A stretch of 40,632 nucleotides of DNA from positions 1 to 40,632 of the IMG/VR virus record IMGVR_UViG_3300022918_000007; one strand, given 5' to 3'. Position 1 is the stretch's first letter. Each line of letters opens with the position of its first letter. This document shows positions 1-8,429 of this stretch, one piece after another. The notes under the pieces were generated by a model. That model was not told the DNA's origin. It did no database searches and saw only the letters and a list, made by a program, of their open reading frames with translations. This stretch comes from a virus. The position numbers were made by a program, and so were the translations under genes.

Positions 1-127
1 TTCGTAGCACCGTAATCGAAAGACAGAACTATTCTGCTCCAGTCATTGATCGCATATTTATCCAGGAGAAATAATGTTGCGATGCAAAGCTGGAAAACAC
101 CGGTGCGCATCACAAACATCATCATCT
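1..127. repeat. Terminal overlap: identical to 40506-40632 (circular closure; unique genome about 40,505 bp)
   Basis: Both ends read base by base: ttcgtagcaccgtaatcgaaag...cacaaacatcatcatct is present at both termini. A minus-strand ORF stays in frame across the junction. Confidence 0.9.
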
Positions 128-302
128 GATTGTAGACAGCGATGCATTTTCGGGACTTGGCAATGTCGCGCTTCCTGATGCGCCACAACTCCGTTATGAA
201 GTGAGCAAACAGAACGGCTCCACACGTGAGCATTAGCGGCAGTGCCGGGAAGATAATGGCCATGAGGCCAGTCAGGGTGAAAGAAAGTAAAGTCGTTTTC
301 AT
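1..302 (-). CDS. 5' part of wrap-around multi-pass membrane protein (continues at 39872..40505; about 311 aa in total)
   Basis: ATG at 302..300 (cat on the plus strand). Translation MKTTLLSFTLTGLMAIIFPALPLMLTCGAVLF...NQMMMFVMRTGV joins the listed ORF 39872..40630 in frame. Several hydrophobic segments. Confidence 0.65.
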   Translation of the reverse strand, partial: MKTTLLSFTLTGLMAIIFPALPLMLTCGAVLFAHFITELWRIRKRDIAKSRKCIAVYNQMMMFVMRTGVFQLCIATLFLLDKYAINDWSRIVLSFDYGAT

Positions 303-303
303 G

Positions 304-1227
304 TTATAACCATTCGGCTTTTTGTACGAAGTCCTCAGGCGCTGCAGCGCCGAACTCCGTCGGGTGATCTTGAAACAATTTCTCTGCAGCGGAGATGAAC
401 CGGCGGCCGGTATCCATATATTCTTTGATGTTGCTTGAAATGGCGGCGAGCTCGCCTTTCGATTCCACCTGGTTGGAAGTAGCGGGAGTGTGCTCAATCA
501 CCCGAACACCATCCTGGGTAACTTTTACCAGGCCTTCAGACATTGCTGTAGCCTGGGTGAAATAAGCAACTGCTTTCTGAATGTGCTCCCGGAATGTAGC
601 CTGAACGGTAGTCATCGGGACTGGCGCCAGCACAACGCTGATCACTGCCGAAGAAAAGCGGCTTTCCACATACAGCTGCTGCACTGTTCTGATCGTCGGA
701 TACAGGAATTGATACGTCCGGAACTTGTGATAGATCCGGATCAGCTTGTCGAACTCGGATGCAGATCTGATGAACAGGGATTCGTTCCTGATGTAGCCAG
801 GCGCGTTGAGCCAGTCCAGGAACTTATTCTCGTTGGCGTACATTAACTCCTGCAGGCGCTCGAGCTGCGTAAACGCTTTGTCGTACAGTGAGGCAGCATG
901 CCGGATGATCTGCTGAAGATAAGGCGTGGTTACCTGATCATTTTCGGGCCGGAAGATTCCTCCGGAACTGATCTTCAGCTCACCGGTGGCCAGGTATTCC
1001 AACAGCATCAAATTAGCTACCGCTTTTTGCATGCGCTTAAATGCCAGCAGCTGTTCCGGAATCGGAGAAACACGGTAAAGATCGAGCGATACGATTAGGG
1101 CTCCGCCGAAATGATCCAGGAAGTACTTATCCAGTATCTCAGATTCGGATTCGAGAATAAACACGCTGTCGAGATCGTTATCGATACGCACATGCTTTTG
1201 GAGCTCTGCAAATGTTGATATGAACAT
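304..1227 (-). CDS. Hypothetical protein downstream of the portal candidate (virion-associated by position only)
   Basis: 307-aa ORF separated by 5 nt from the upstream gene. No recognisable motif. Confidence 0.65.
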   Translation of the reverse strand: MFISTFAELQKHVRIDNDLDSVFILESESEILDKYFLDHFGGALIVSLDLYRVSPIPEQLLAFKRMQKAVANLMLLEYLATGELKISSGGIFRPENDQVTTPYLQQIIRHAASLYDKAFTQLERLQELMYANENKFLDWLNAPGYIRNESLFIRSASEFDKLIRIYHKFRTYQFLYPTIRTVQQLYVESRFSSAVISVVLAPVPMTTVQATFREHIQKAVAYFTQATAMSEGLVKVTQDGVRVIEHTPATSNQVESKGELAAISSNIKEYMDTGRRFISAAEKLFQDHPTEFGAAAPEDFVQKAEWL

Positions 1228-1232
1228 ACTAT

Positions 1233-2594
1233 CTATTGTTTTGTTTCGGTGCCGGATGGAGATTCATTCAATGGAACCGGCACGTCGTGCTCAAATCCCC
1301 AGCAGATCTCCGGTGGCCAACCGTTGAAAGCCTGGACAATGCGCAGCGGGTGAGTAATTATCCATTGGTGGGCGTGCGACATCGATACAGCGTTGGTGTG
1401 GGCCACACGCTTGTCGGATCCGGATCCCGCGCCCATTTTTCCTCCAGCTGGCTGCAAGCCGGCCAAAGAAGAGTCCATGTCGAGAGCTCGCGCTGTTTGT
1501 GTGTCTGCTTCCTGGGTAGAGGTAAGCATAGCATCGGGACTTGTCTTATTATCCAAAACCGTAATAATCCATCCGGCAAGCGGTTTCCCTGTTACTTCGT
1601 CCGTTGCGAAATGTGTGATAAAGCTTTTCCCGGAATTCTTGTCGCCTTTTAACCAGTCCTGCATTACTGTAAGCTTATCATCGATGAATGCTTTTTGAGC
1701 TTTATCGTCCAGCCCGTCGAAATTGGAGTTGATCGATCGCCAGTATTCATAAGGGATTTGGATGTGGTACTTGATATTCAATCCGTTTTCATTGATCGTG
1801 TTCATGATCACCGGCACGGAGCTCGCATAGTCGAGCCAGCCCTTGTCCTTGAAAAGCGCTGCGTGCGGAGCGATCGCGTAAAGCGGGCGCCCTGGTGAAG
1901 GGAAGCAGATATGCATAGCGAATTTCTTCTTGCTTTTTGCGATTTTTCTGATGTTATCCGGGCTGGCATATCTCCGATTAACGTAAGGAATTTCAGATTT
2001 CGTTTTCGGATCAGCCCAGTTGCCATCGTAAACGATAGTCTGGATCTCGTTTTTATCGTTAGCTGGCCCGAATCGAGAAAATTCCGCCTCGAGGTGGGAA
2101 AAGTTGGTGATTTTCTTTAACGCCTTATCCAGGATAAATTCACAAAAGAGATTGTTCAATGAATTATGGTCCTGCAGCCGCTCGAGCATGAAGTAATTAG
2201 CATCGTTTTCAGCGAGAAAAGTTTCAATTTCCGGAACCCGTGAATAGTCTCGTAACCAGGTGGTCTTATCTTCATCTAAAAATGGTTTCCAATAGACCAG
2301 GCCCTTCCCATACATCAAAGCCGTTTTTTTCGCGATTAACGGAAGTGCTGTTGTTGAAGCTTCGAGTTTTTTCCTGGCGTTTTGAGGATATTGGTTGTCG
2401 GTTCCCCAGGGCTGATACTCTGCAGAGGTATCGAGATCTTCTGTTTTTTGTTCCGGAACGTAGTCCGCGCCGGCGTCAGGTGATAATACCGAGAAAAGCG
2501 CATTGGAACCCTCACCCAAAACAACCGCTTCGATACTCATTACGCCACCATTGACGCCTGCTTTTTTCTGGGAGACTACCCTGTTTTTACTCAT
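1233..2594 (-). CDS. Putative portal protein
   Basis: 453 aa, a size typical of portals. The Gly/Ser-rich segment AGGKMGAGSGSDKR and the overall composition resemble portal proteins. Called from position and resemblance only. Confidence 0.45.
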   Translation of the reverse strand: MSKNRVVSQKKAGVNGGVMSIEAVVLGEGSNALFSVLSPDAGADYVPEQKTEDLDTSAEYQPWGTDNQYPQNARKKLEASTTALPLIAKKTALMYGKGLVYWKPFLDEDKTTWLRDYSRVPEIETFLAENDANYFMLERLQDHNSLNNLFCEFILDKALKKITNFSHLEAEFSRFGPANDKNEIQTIVYDGNWADPKTKSEIPYVNRRYASPDNIRKIAKSKKKFAMHICFPSPGRPLYAIAPHAALFKDKGWLDYASSVPVIMNTINENGLNIKYHIQIPYEYWRSINSNFDGLDDKAQKAFIDDKLTVMQDWLKGDKNSGKSFITHFATDEVTGKPLAGWIITVLDNKTSPDAMLTSTQEADTQTARALDMDSSLAGLQPAGGKMGAGSGSDKRVAHTNAVSMSHAHQWIITHPLRIVQAFNGWPPEICWGFEHDVPVPLNESPSGTETKQ

Positions 2595-2893
2595 AACATG
2601 ACTTTTTTGCCATTCACCTCCAACAGGAGAGAAAGATGAAGCTTGCGAATAACTGAAGACGGGATGCCATTCATACAGATCAGGACATTGCGGGTGAAAT
2701 TGTCGTAATGATTCGCGGCTTTCGGTTTCGCCACACTGGATGGTACCTGCTCGGATTTTTCAGGTTGCGAATACACTACTTCGGCGAATTCTCGAATTTT
2801 CCCGCCGGTGCCCCTCTTCTTATCGAAAGTGACAACCTTACAGGAGAACGGCTTCCCGGACTCTATTATCTTCAATGCTTCAGCAAGCTTCAT
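2591..2893 (-). CDS. Hypothetical protein, first gene after hairpin cassette A
   Basis: 100-aa ORF with a 4-nt overlap onto the portal candidate start. Its ATG is part of the conserved 49-bp cassette. Confidence 0.6.
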   Translation of the reverse strand: MKLAEALKIIESGKPFSCKVVTFDKKRGTGGKIREFAEVVYSQPEKSEQVPSSVAKPKAANHYDNFTRNVLICMNGIPSSVIRKLHLSLLLEVNGKKVML

Positions 2894-2939
2894 AAAGCAA
2901 AAATCCCCACTTGCGCGGGGATTCTATAGGACAGGAAAT
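2891..2939 (-). promoter_or_regulatory. Conserved 49-bp hairpin cassette, copy A (stem 2902-2908/2917-2923, U-tract, ATG)
   Basis: 45/49 identical to 17475-17523. Minus-strand RNA reads AUUUCCUGUCCUAUAG-AAUCCCC-GCGCAAGU-GGGGAUU-UUUGCUUU-AUG. Confidence 0.75.
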
Positions 2940-2940
2940 T

Positions 2941-3171
2941 TTAGCCAATTCTTTGCTCTAGTGCTTTCCTCGTTTCTATGTAGTTGTCGTAATTTCCCCA
3001 CCGTGGGCCTGTTTCCATAAATGAAGAAAAATTGCGGCCTCGAGTATCGTTTATTCCAGAGACCCGAAAATAGTTCTTGTCGCCAGCTTGTTGGTTAATA
3101 AATTTACGAAAGTGCATTTCATTCTCGCATAATACAGCGATCGGGTGACCGGGACTACTTTTATGTTTCAT
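2941..3171 (-). CDS. Hypothetical protein (last gene of the early-type accessory block)
   Basis: 76-aa ORF packed in series with its neighbours. Confidence 0.5.
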   Translation of the reverse strand: MKHKSSPGHPIAVLCENEMHFRKFINQQAGDKNYFRVSGINDTRGRNFSSFMETGPRWGNYDNYIETRKALEQRIG

Positions 3172-3176
3172 GTTTA

Positions 3177-3410
3177 TTACGTCGTTACTTCGATAAAAAC
3201 TCTTTCAATTGCGTTCACTATGCGAACCATATTGAATTCATTGTCCTCTACTCTGAGGGTATCACCGTTATGCTCGAAATGGATGAATCCCTTTTGAATG
3301 GTTATCTCAATGGATTCATCGAAACACACCAGCTTCTCACCATCACTAGCGTAATTTTCATACTGGAAATCAAAGCCATATTCTATGAATTTTGCTGCTA
3401 TCTTTTCCAT
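3177..3410 (-). CDS. Hypothetical protein
   Basis: 77-aa ORF with 3-5 nt gaps to its neighbours. Confidence 0.5.
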   Translation of the reverse strand: MEKIAAKFIEYGFDFQYENYASDGEKLVCFDESIEITIQKGFIHFEHNGDTLRVEDNEFNMVRIVNAIERVFIEVTT

Positions 3411-3413
3411 ACT

Positions 3414-3809
3414 TCAATTAATTGGATTGACATTCGTTTCGTAATCATCATCGCTCGTTATGATTTTTACCAGCAATCCATCGCAAAAATCAGCGTCAGG
3501 AACTTGCTCAATTTCTCCAGTCTCTCTGTTTTTACGATGGAAAACGAGCACGTGACCGTTAGACCGCTGAATGCGAATATATCCGAAGCCCTCATGCCGC
3601 CCATGATCTTCACCATTACTGATCATCGAATGGGCTACATGGATGGCCATGTCTTCGAGATATTCCACGTCTGTAAAATATTTAGACCACTCGGCCAAAT
3701 ACTCAGAAGTCCATATTTCCTGATCAAAATGAATTTCATATTCATCTGTCCGGGAGATTTCTACGTTATACTTTTTCATTCTTCTTGTTTTTAGGTTTTG
3801 AACGTTCAA
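3414..3809 (-). CDS. Hypothetical protein (start more likely the internal ATG at 3779, MKKYNVEIS...)
   Basis: 131-aa ORF. The longest form overlaps the upstream gene by 44 nt; the internal Met reduces this to 14 nt. Confidence 0.5.
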   Translation of the reverse strand: MNVQNLKTRRMKKYNVEISRTDEYEIHFDQEIWTSEYLAEWSKYFTDVEYLEDMAIHVAHSMISNGEDHGRHEGFGYIRIQRSNGHVLVFHRKNRETGEIEQVPDADFCDGLLVKIITSDDDYETNVNPIN

Positions 3810-4596
3810 TTTCCCTGGCCATCTCGACCAGGATTATAAGCCAATTTTGGAGATCGGTCTGATCGATCGGGCCAAACTTATTTCCACTCATCTCCAGGAG
3901 TGGGTCCAGCCATCCCAGTTTCGAGGTTTTATTGGAGGCGCCTTTAAAAAGGGGCGCAAGCAAGCTATTATTCACAAGCTTCGCATCGCGGGCCGACCAA
4001 TAGTAAAGCAAAGCACCAACTGCGTAGTGGGGTTTCAGGCGCTTCGCGTAGATCTTCGCGCGATCGACGGCCATGTTCTTGTTGAATGGTTCCCGGACGT
4101 CACCGTTCCACCTGGTTGGATCGTTCCTGAAGCTCGAGAGATCTTTCCGCTCCGGACGCCAGAGAATGGCAAACAGTAACCAGATTGAGTCGTGACTTTT
4201 TCCGTTGGTAAATGCCAGGAACGCCTCGTCAGCTGCACGGAATTCACCGAACGACAAATCGTTCAGCAATTCCTGCGGTCCGAACACAGATCCCCGGAAC
4301 CGGCTGAGCCTGATCACAGGCATTGGGTTCGTCCGGAGCTTCGGCGATCGGAGCGCCCAATCGGTGTGAGGCAGGATATCCAACCACTGCTCAGGGTCGA
4401 TATCGCCAACCAATTTCTCCGGAACGTTGCTGAGGATCCGGAACAGCAAGATCCTGGTTGCATTGTACTGGATCACATCATTCGAATCGGTGTAGTTGGC
4501 CAGCGCCCAGAAAACCCTCATGGTTTCTTCCTGGTCCATTTCAGACCAGGAAGATTTTAGAAGGTAACTTGTTTCATCAAATTTGAGATTGATCAT
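3766..4596 (-). CDS. Hypothetical 276-aa protein preceded by three GTGCTAC repeats
   Basis: Long ORF with no recognised motif. The repeat triplet lies 21 nt upstream of its ATG. Confidence 0.6.
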   Translation of the reverse strand: MINLKFDETSYLLKSSWSEMDQEETMRVFWALANYTDSNDVIQYNATRILLFRILSNVPEKLVGDIDPEQWLDILPHTDWALRSPKLRTNPMPVIRLSRFRGSVFGPQELLNDLSFGEFRAADEAFLAFTNGKSHDSIWLLFAILWRPERKDLSSFRNDPTRWNGDVREPFNKNMAVDRAKIYAKRLKPHYAVGALLYYWSARDAKLVNNSLLAPLFKGASNKTSKLGWLDPLLEMSGNKFGPIDQTDLQNWLIILVEMAREIERSKPKNKKNEKV

Positions 4597-4616
4597 AATT
4601 TTTGAAGTAAATAGGT

Positions 4617-4639
4617 GTGCTACCGTGCTACCGTGCTAC
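4617..4639. repeat. Three tandem copies of GTGCTAC(C) (8-bp period), the same motif family as the 18.4-18.7 kb array
   Basis: Plus strand reads gtgctaccgtgctaccgtgctac. It overlaps the last codons and stop of 4620..5297 and lies upstream of 3766..4596. Confidence 0.8.
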
Positions 4640-5297
4640 TTTCTGAGCTTGATAAGTTAACAATGCGATGGCCGGAAATGGATTGTATCTGTTCTTTAGT
4701 AACCACGTTTTGCGTGCAAAATATTATCCGACTAGGTGGCGAAATATTACTGGGCTTCTCAATACGGTGGATAATTTCTTGAATAAACTTTACATCCGTT
4801 ACTTCGTCAATTATATAAAGCATCTCACTACTGTCAGCGAAAGTATCGACTAAATCGACCTCGACGTCGAACTGCCTGATCTGCTGAACATTTTTATGGT
4901 ACTTTCCTATTGCTTCTGACAAAACGGTCTTCCCTGATGCGGAAGGTCCGGATAGCACTAAAAACTTATCCCTCTTATCAAAGAGTTGTTTAGCATCAAA
5001 TTGTAATTTGAATTTCCTGGCTTGAAGCACGAGTTCTGACATGTAAGCCGGCTTATCCAAATCGCTTATGAAAGCATCCTGATATTTCTTCAGGCCACGG
5101 GTTTTCATCTTCCCTGACGGAACCGCGCCTGGCTCGGGGAAAAAGAAGTACGCTTCATATTGGAGGTCATACAAATAGGTAAAGAGAAATCTAACAGTAC
5201 GAAGCTCTTTTAATTGTGTTTCCGGGTTTACCTCTGACCAGTTTTCTTCTACGTGATGAAGAAATAAGTTGGATTCTAATTGTTTATCGATTTGCAT
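4620..5297 (-). CDS. P-loop NTPase
   Basis: Walker A LSGPSASGKT and Walker B-like MLYIIDEV. 225 aa. Confidence 0.6.
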   Translation of the reverse strand: MQIDKQLESNLFLHHVEENWSEVNPETQLKELRTVRFLFTYLYDLQYEAYFFFPEPGAVPSGKMKTRGLKKYQDAFISDLDKPAYMSELVLQARKFKLQFDAKQLFDKRDKFLVLSGPSASGKTVLSEAIGKYHKNVQQIRQFDVEVDLVDTFADSSEMLYIIDEVTDVKFIQEIIHRIEKPSNISPPSRIIFCTQNVVTKEQIQSISGHRIVNLSSSESSTVAR

Positions 5298-5313
5298 TAT
5301 TTATTGCGTTAAA

Positions 5314-6243
5314 TTATTTGAGTTCTTCGCCGATTTTCATCGGCACGTTTTCGTTAATAAGAAGTTCAACAGCCTTGTTCCATTGGATTACCTCTTCGAA
5401 GTTGTTTTCGTTGAATTGCTGGAGAGTGATAAATGTCTGATGCCATCGGATAATTCGCGCGGTTGGACATATCTTTTCGACTTCGATGAAGTAGGGATAA
5501 AGAACGACTCCGCCTTCCAGCAGTCCTGTCTCGCGCTGATCATCTTGAACATATTTGACATAATCCTTACCGAAGGCAGCGAATTCGATTCGCAGCACTG
5601 GAATCTTTGTAAATTTTAGCTCCAGTTCTTCTAACGATCGTTCTGATTTGTCATCAAAGAAAATGGGGCTGGATCCGACAGCAGCTGCAGGGGTAGCTTC
5701 CTTCATTTTTTTATGCTCGAGTAGTGCCTGGTAACTGTGAGTTTTAGAATCTCCCTTCAGGTAAAGAGGATGTGCAGGATGGCCGCCGACTGTCAAGGTG
5801 AATGCATGGGCCCAGGGAAACAATTTGATGATCTCCTTGTCCCGATCGAACAGTTCTCCATGGTTGCCCCAGGCAAAAACAGTCCTGGTACATTTTCGGT
5901 CCATCTCCAGAAGGTGCTCAATATTTACCTTTTTGTATTCCGGAGATTGGTTCGGCTTAGGGTTTCTTTTCAGTTCTGCCGGATCCGTGGAACGAAAGGG
6001 AAACAGATTTCCTACCCAGATACCACCGAATCCCCAAGATTTGGCAAAAGCGACGCATCGGGTAATCGTTGGATCATTAATTAGAGCGCCGGCTTTACTG
6101 GGATTAAGCATGATGAAGAACACCATTTCTTTACTGGCATCCCATAGTCGGTAAAGAGAGAATCTGAACTGCTTGTTTTCACTAAAGGTTGCGCCGGTTG
6201 CACCGCTTGGAACCAACATGTAAGCTTCTGTTATTTGTTTCAT
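5314..6243 (-). CDS. DUF1643-like domain protein with a C-terminal extension of about 130 aa
   Basis: The N-terminal half carries RFSLYRLW, FIMLNPSKA, DPTITRC and NLFPFRSTDP, the pattern I associate with DUF1643. The ATG overlaps the upstream stop (ATGA). Confidence 0.55.
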   Translation of the reverse strand: MKQITEAYMLVPSGATGATFSENKQFRFSLYRLWDASKEMVFFIMLNPSKAGALINDPTITRCVAFAKSWGFGGIWVGNLFPFRSTDPAELKRNPKPNQSPEYKKVNIEHLLEMDRKCTRTVFAWGNHGELFDRDKEIIKLFPWAHAFTLTVGGHPAHPLYLKGDSKTHSYQALLEHKKMKEATPAAAVGSSPIFFDDKSERSLEELELKFTKIPVLRIEFAAFGKDYVKYVQDDQRETGLLEGGVVLYPYFIEVEKICPTARIIRWHQTFITLQQFNENNFEEVIQWNKAVELLINENVPMKIGEELK

Positions 6244-6551
6244 TGAAAAAGATTTAATTGTTCATTATTGTTGCCGTACTTCCTGGTAGTTGCACGCTGG
6301 CCAGTGTCGTGTTTCAAGTGGCAGCGCTGGCACCAATGCCGTAGATTTGAAAACCGGTTGTTTTTGATATCCTGATCCAGATGAGCCGTTGTGAGAATAA
6401 CGATACTTCCAGTGACCGGGTGCAGCCGGCCATGGATCGCCCGGCAATCCGGATAGGCTGGAGAACCTTCGCACCGGTTCCCCGATCGCCGGCGTATCAT
6501 CCGAACGATCAGGGTCCATTTTGGATGGTAATTTTCGAGATTAATCGGCAT
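6240..6551 (-). CDS. Small HNH endonuclease ending in a QLNLF clamp-binding-like motif
   Basis: Cys/His-rich protein: CEGSPAYPDC, AHLDQDIKNNRFSNLRHWCQRCHLKHD (H-N-H with flanking CxxC). The C-terminus is EQLNLFQ. Confidence 0.65.
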   Translation of the reverse strand: MPINLENYHPKWTLIVRMIRRRSGNRCEGSPAYPDCRAIHGRLHPVTGSIVILTTAHLDQDIKNNRFSNLRHWCQRCHLKHDTGQRATTRKYGNNNEQLNLFQ

Positions 6552-6792
6552 TTGGCAGGAGGTTTTTCGGGTTTAGTTCTGAAAAATAGGTTGAGCCTTT
6601 CAGGGCGCCAGTTATTTTTAAGAAGTCTACTTCCACCTTGGAGCTCTCTACTATTTCCTTGGAGATCTCGGCAACTGCTTTCGCACGTTTACACTCTGCA
6701 GCCAACTCATCACCTTTCAATTCCTCGTCATTAAGTCGCTCTAATTGCGCGAAGAGGTGATCTCTTAGATCTTCGATTTTATTTCTCGCCAT
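6541..6792 (-). CDS. Hypothetical coiled-coil protein
   Basis: 83-aa charged, helical ORF that overlaps both neighbours by a few nt. Confidence 0.5.
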   Translation of the reverse strand: MARNKIEDLRDHLFAQLERLNDEELKGDELAAECKRAKAVAEISKEIVESSKVEVDFLKITGALKGSTYFSELNPKNLLPNAD

Positions 6793-7417
6793 GTTGTTTG
6801 ATTTTACGTTTAATTTTTGCTGTTAATCGGAGAACTTCTTTTAGATCCTCCGGATAATTGTGAATCGTATTTCGTTGCATGAGCTCTGCGTCAGTCAAAA
6901 GCTCCAGATTGTTGAGTTCTGCATTCAATGTATTGCGATCCTTAAATATGAGGTTCATTCCTTTCGGAATTGGCCCATGCGCCTGCATCCAGTTCCATCG
7001 ATGAAGCGACTCCCATTTTCCGTTGGAAATCCGAATGAATTGGTAGAAAATCCCCCTTTTGTCCGCTCTGATGGTTATGTCACCATCCTTTTTCGTGTTA
7101 TGAGGAAGATCCCCTTTCTTAAACATTGTTGGCTCTGCTTTTGCCCGTACCTCTGCGGACATTTTCAGGCCTTTATTAGCTGGAGAGTTACCAGGCATGA
7201 AGCGGAAAGAAGCGCCTAATTTACTTCCCGGTGTTATCCTGCCAGAAGCTTCAGATAAGTGGAACTCAGGACTTTTTTTTAGCCCAAGCTCTTTTGCCTT
7301 TCCATACACCGACGAAAGCGAATGTTGAACCTGGAAGGATATTTCCCTCGTGATGGTGTGGGGATAAAGTTGGTGAAGCAGATCAAGTTCCTCGATTGTC
7401 CATTTTCGACGACTCAT
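6779..7417 (-). CDS. HNH_3-like (homing-endonuclease-like) protein, possibly degenerate
   Basis: HRWNWMQAHGPIPKGMNLIFKDRNTLNAELNNLELLT resembles the HNH_3 pattern, but the usual His of VxHxDGN is replaced. Confidence 0.45.
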   Translation of the reverse strand: MSRRKWTIEELDLLHQLYPHTITREISFQVQHSLSSVYGKAKELGLKKSPEFHLSEASGRITPGSKLGASFRFMPGNSPANKGLKMSAEVRAKAEPTMFKKGDLPHNTKKDGDITIRADKRGIFYQFIRISNGKWESLHRWNWMQAHGPIPKGMNLIFKDRNTLNAELNNLELLTDAELMQRNTIHNYPEDLKEVLRLTAKIKRKIKQHGEK

Positions 7418-7428
7418 AACTCAGCTGA

Positions 7429-7749
7429 TTAAATGGGGAGATTTAGCGAGCTCACGGGGATCAGTTTGATATCGACCAGGCTGTAGATCCGTTTTCGTTT
7501 TAAGTGGTCATCTACCCAATGGACGGATTGAGGATCCCACTCCAGAGGTTTACACCTGGAGGTACAATCTAACTCCGCGCGTTTTAATACGCCATCGAGT
7601 AGATCTTCTGCGAATTTAAGGCTGGGAACAAGCAGGCCGTCCATTTCTTTGAATGATTTCATTGCCAGCTTCTGCATCTGGTTTTTAGGTGTGTAGTCCG
7701 CGTTAACGTGGATCAGTACCATTTCTGTCATGTGGAATTTCATAGTCAT
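7429..7749 (-). CDS. Hypothetical protein
   Basis: 106-aa ORF with a 4-nt overlap onto the upstream gene. Confidence 0.5.
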   Translation of the reverse strand: MTMKFHMTEMVLIHVNADYTPKNQMQKLAMKSFKEMDGLLVPSLKFAEDLLDGVLKRAELDCTSRCKPLEWDPQSVHWVDDHLKRKRIYSLVDIKLIPVSSLNLPI

Positions 7750-8429
7750 ATTATAAAATCAGGATTAGTTATTTTTTCGACGGTAATCACCCAGACCCAT
7801 GGGTTCCAATCTGTTATTTTTGGGCCGTAAATTGACCGCATCAGTGTACGGAAGCTCGATTCAGGGAAATACTCTGAGTAAATTCCTGTTTCGTAGTTCA
7901 GGTATGTATCTGTGCTTTTTTTGACACCTTCCGCTTCAGCCGCAGAGAAAGTGATGTCGCTTAAACGCTCTAGGTCGATTGCTGTTATTTTTAACCAGAT
8001 CCGCGAATGTGATTTAGGCATGTCTTTGATCGGGTTCCATTTTTGGCCGAGATATTCTCCGTAACGTTCATTAGCCTTAAACAATACCTGATCGCCAGCA
8101 TTCGCCCATGCTTCACACACATAAAGTATATCACCAGGTATGCCGTAAGGACATTGGATGTCTATATTTTCACCAGTAAAGTCAGCTTTCGAGTAAGCGT
8201 TAAAACGTGCATAGGGAGAACGCGGAAATTCCCTCACTGATTTCCATTTCCCAGGATGCTTATTTATAGCCTCAAGACCATCTAACCTTCGGGTTTCGGT
8301 CTTGCGGTTGTCAAGAAAGGAGTGAACCATATCTGCATTACATGATATCGACCTTACAACAGGATTCGATCCCAATTCATTAAGAGATGAAGGATAACAG
8401 CCCCTTTTAATAGTCTTCTGGGCTCTCAT
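7746..8429 (-). CDS. ASCH-like domain protein (tentative)
   Basis: VHSFLDNRKTETRRL near the N-terminus resembles the GRKTQTRR motif of ASCH-type phage proteins. Confidence 0.35.
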   Translation of the reverse strand: MRAQKTIKRGCYPSSLNELGSNPVVRSISCNADMVHSFLDNRKTETRRLDGLEAINKHPGKWKSVREFPRSPYARFNAYSKADFTGENIDIQCPYGIPGDILYVCEAWANAGDQVLFKANERYGEYLGQKWNPIKDMPKSHSRIWLKITAIDLERLSDITFSAAEAEGVKKSTDTYLNYETGIYSEYFPESSFRTLMRSIYGPKITDWNPWVWVITVEKITNPDFII

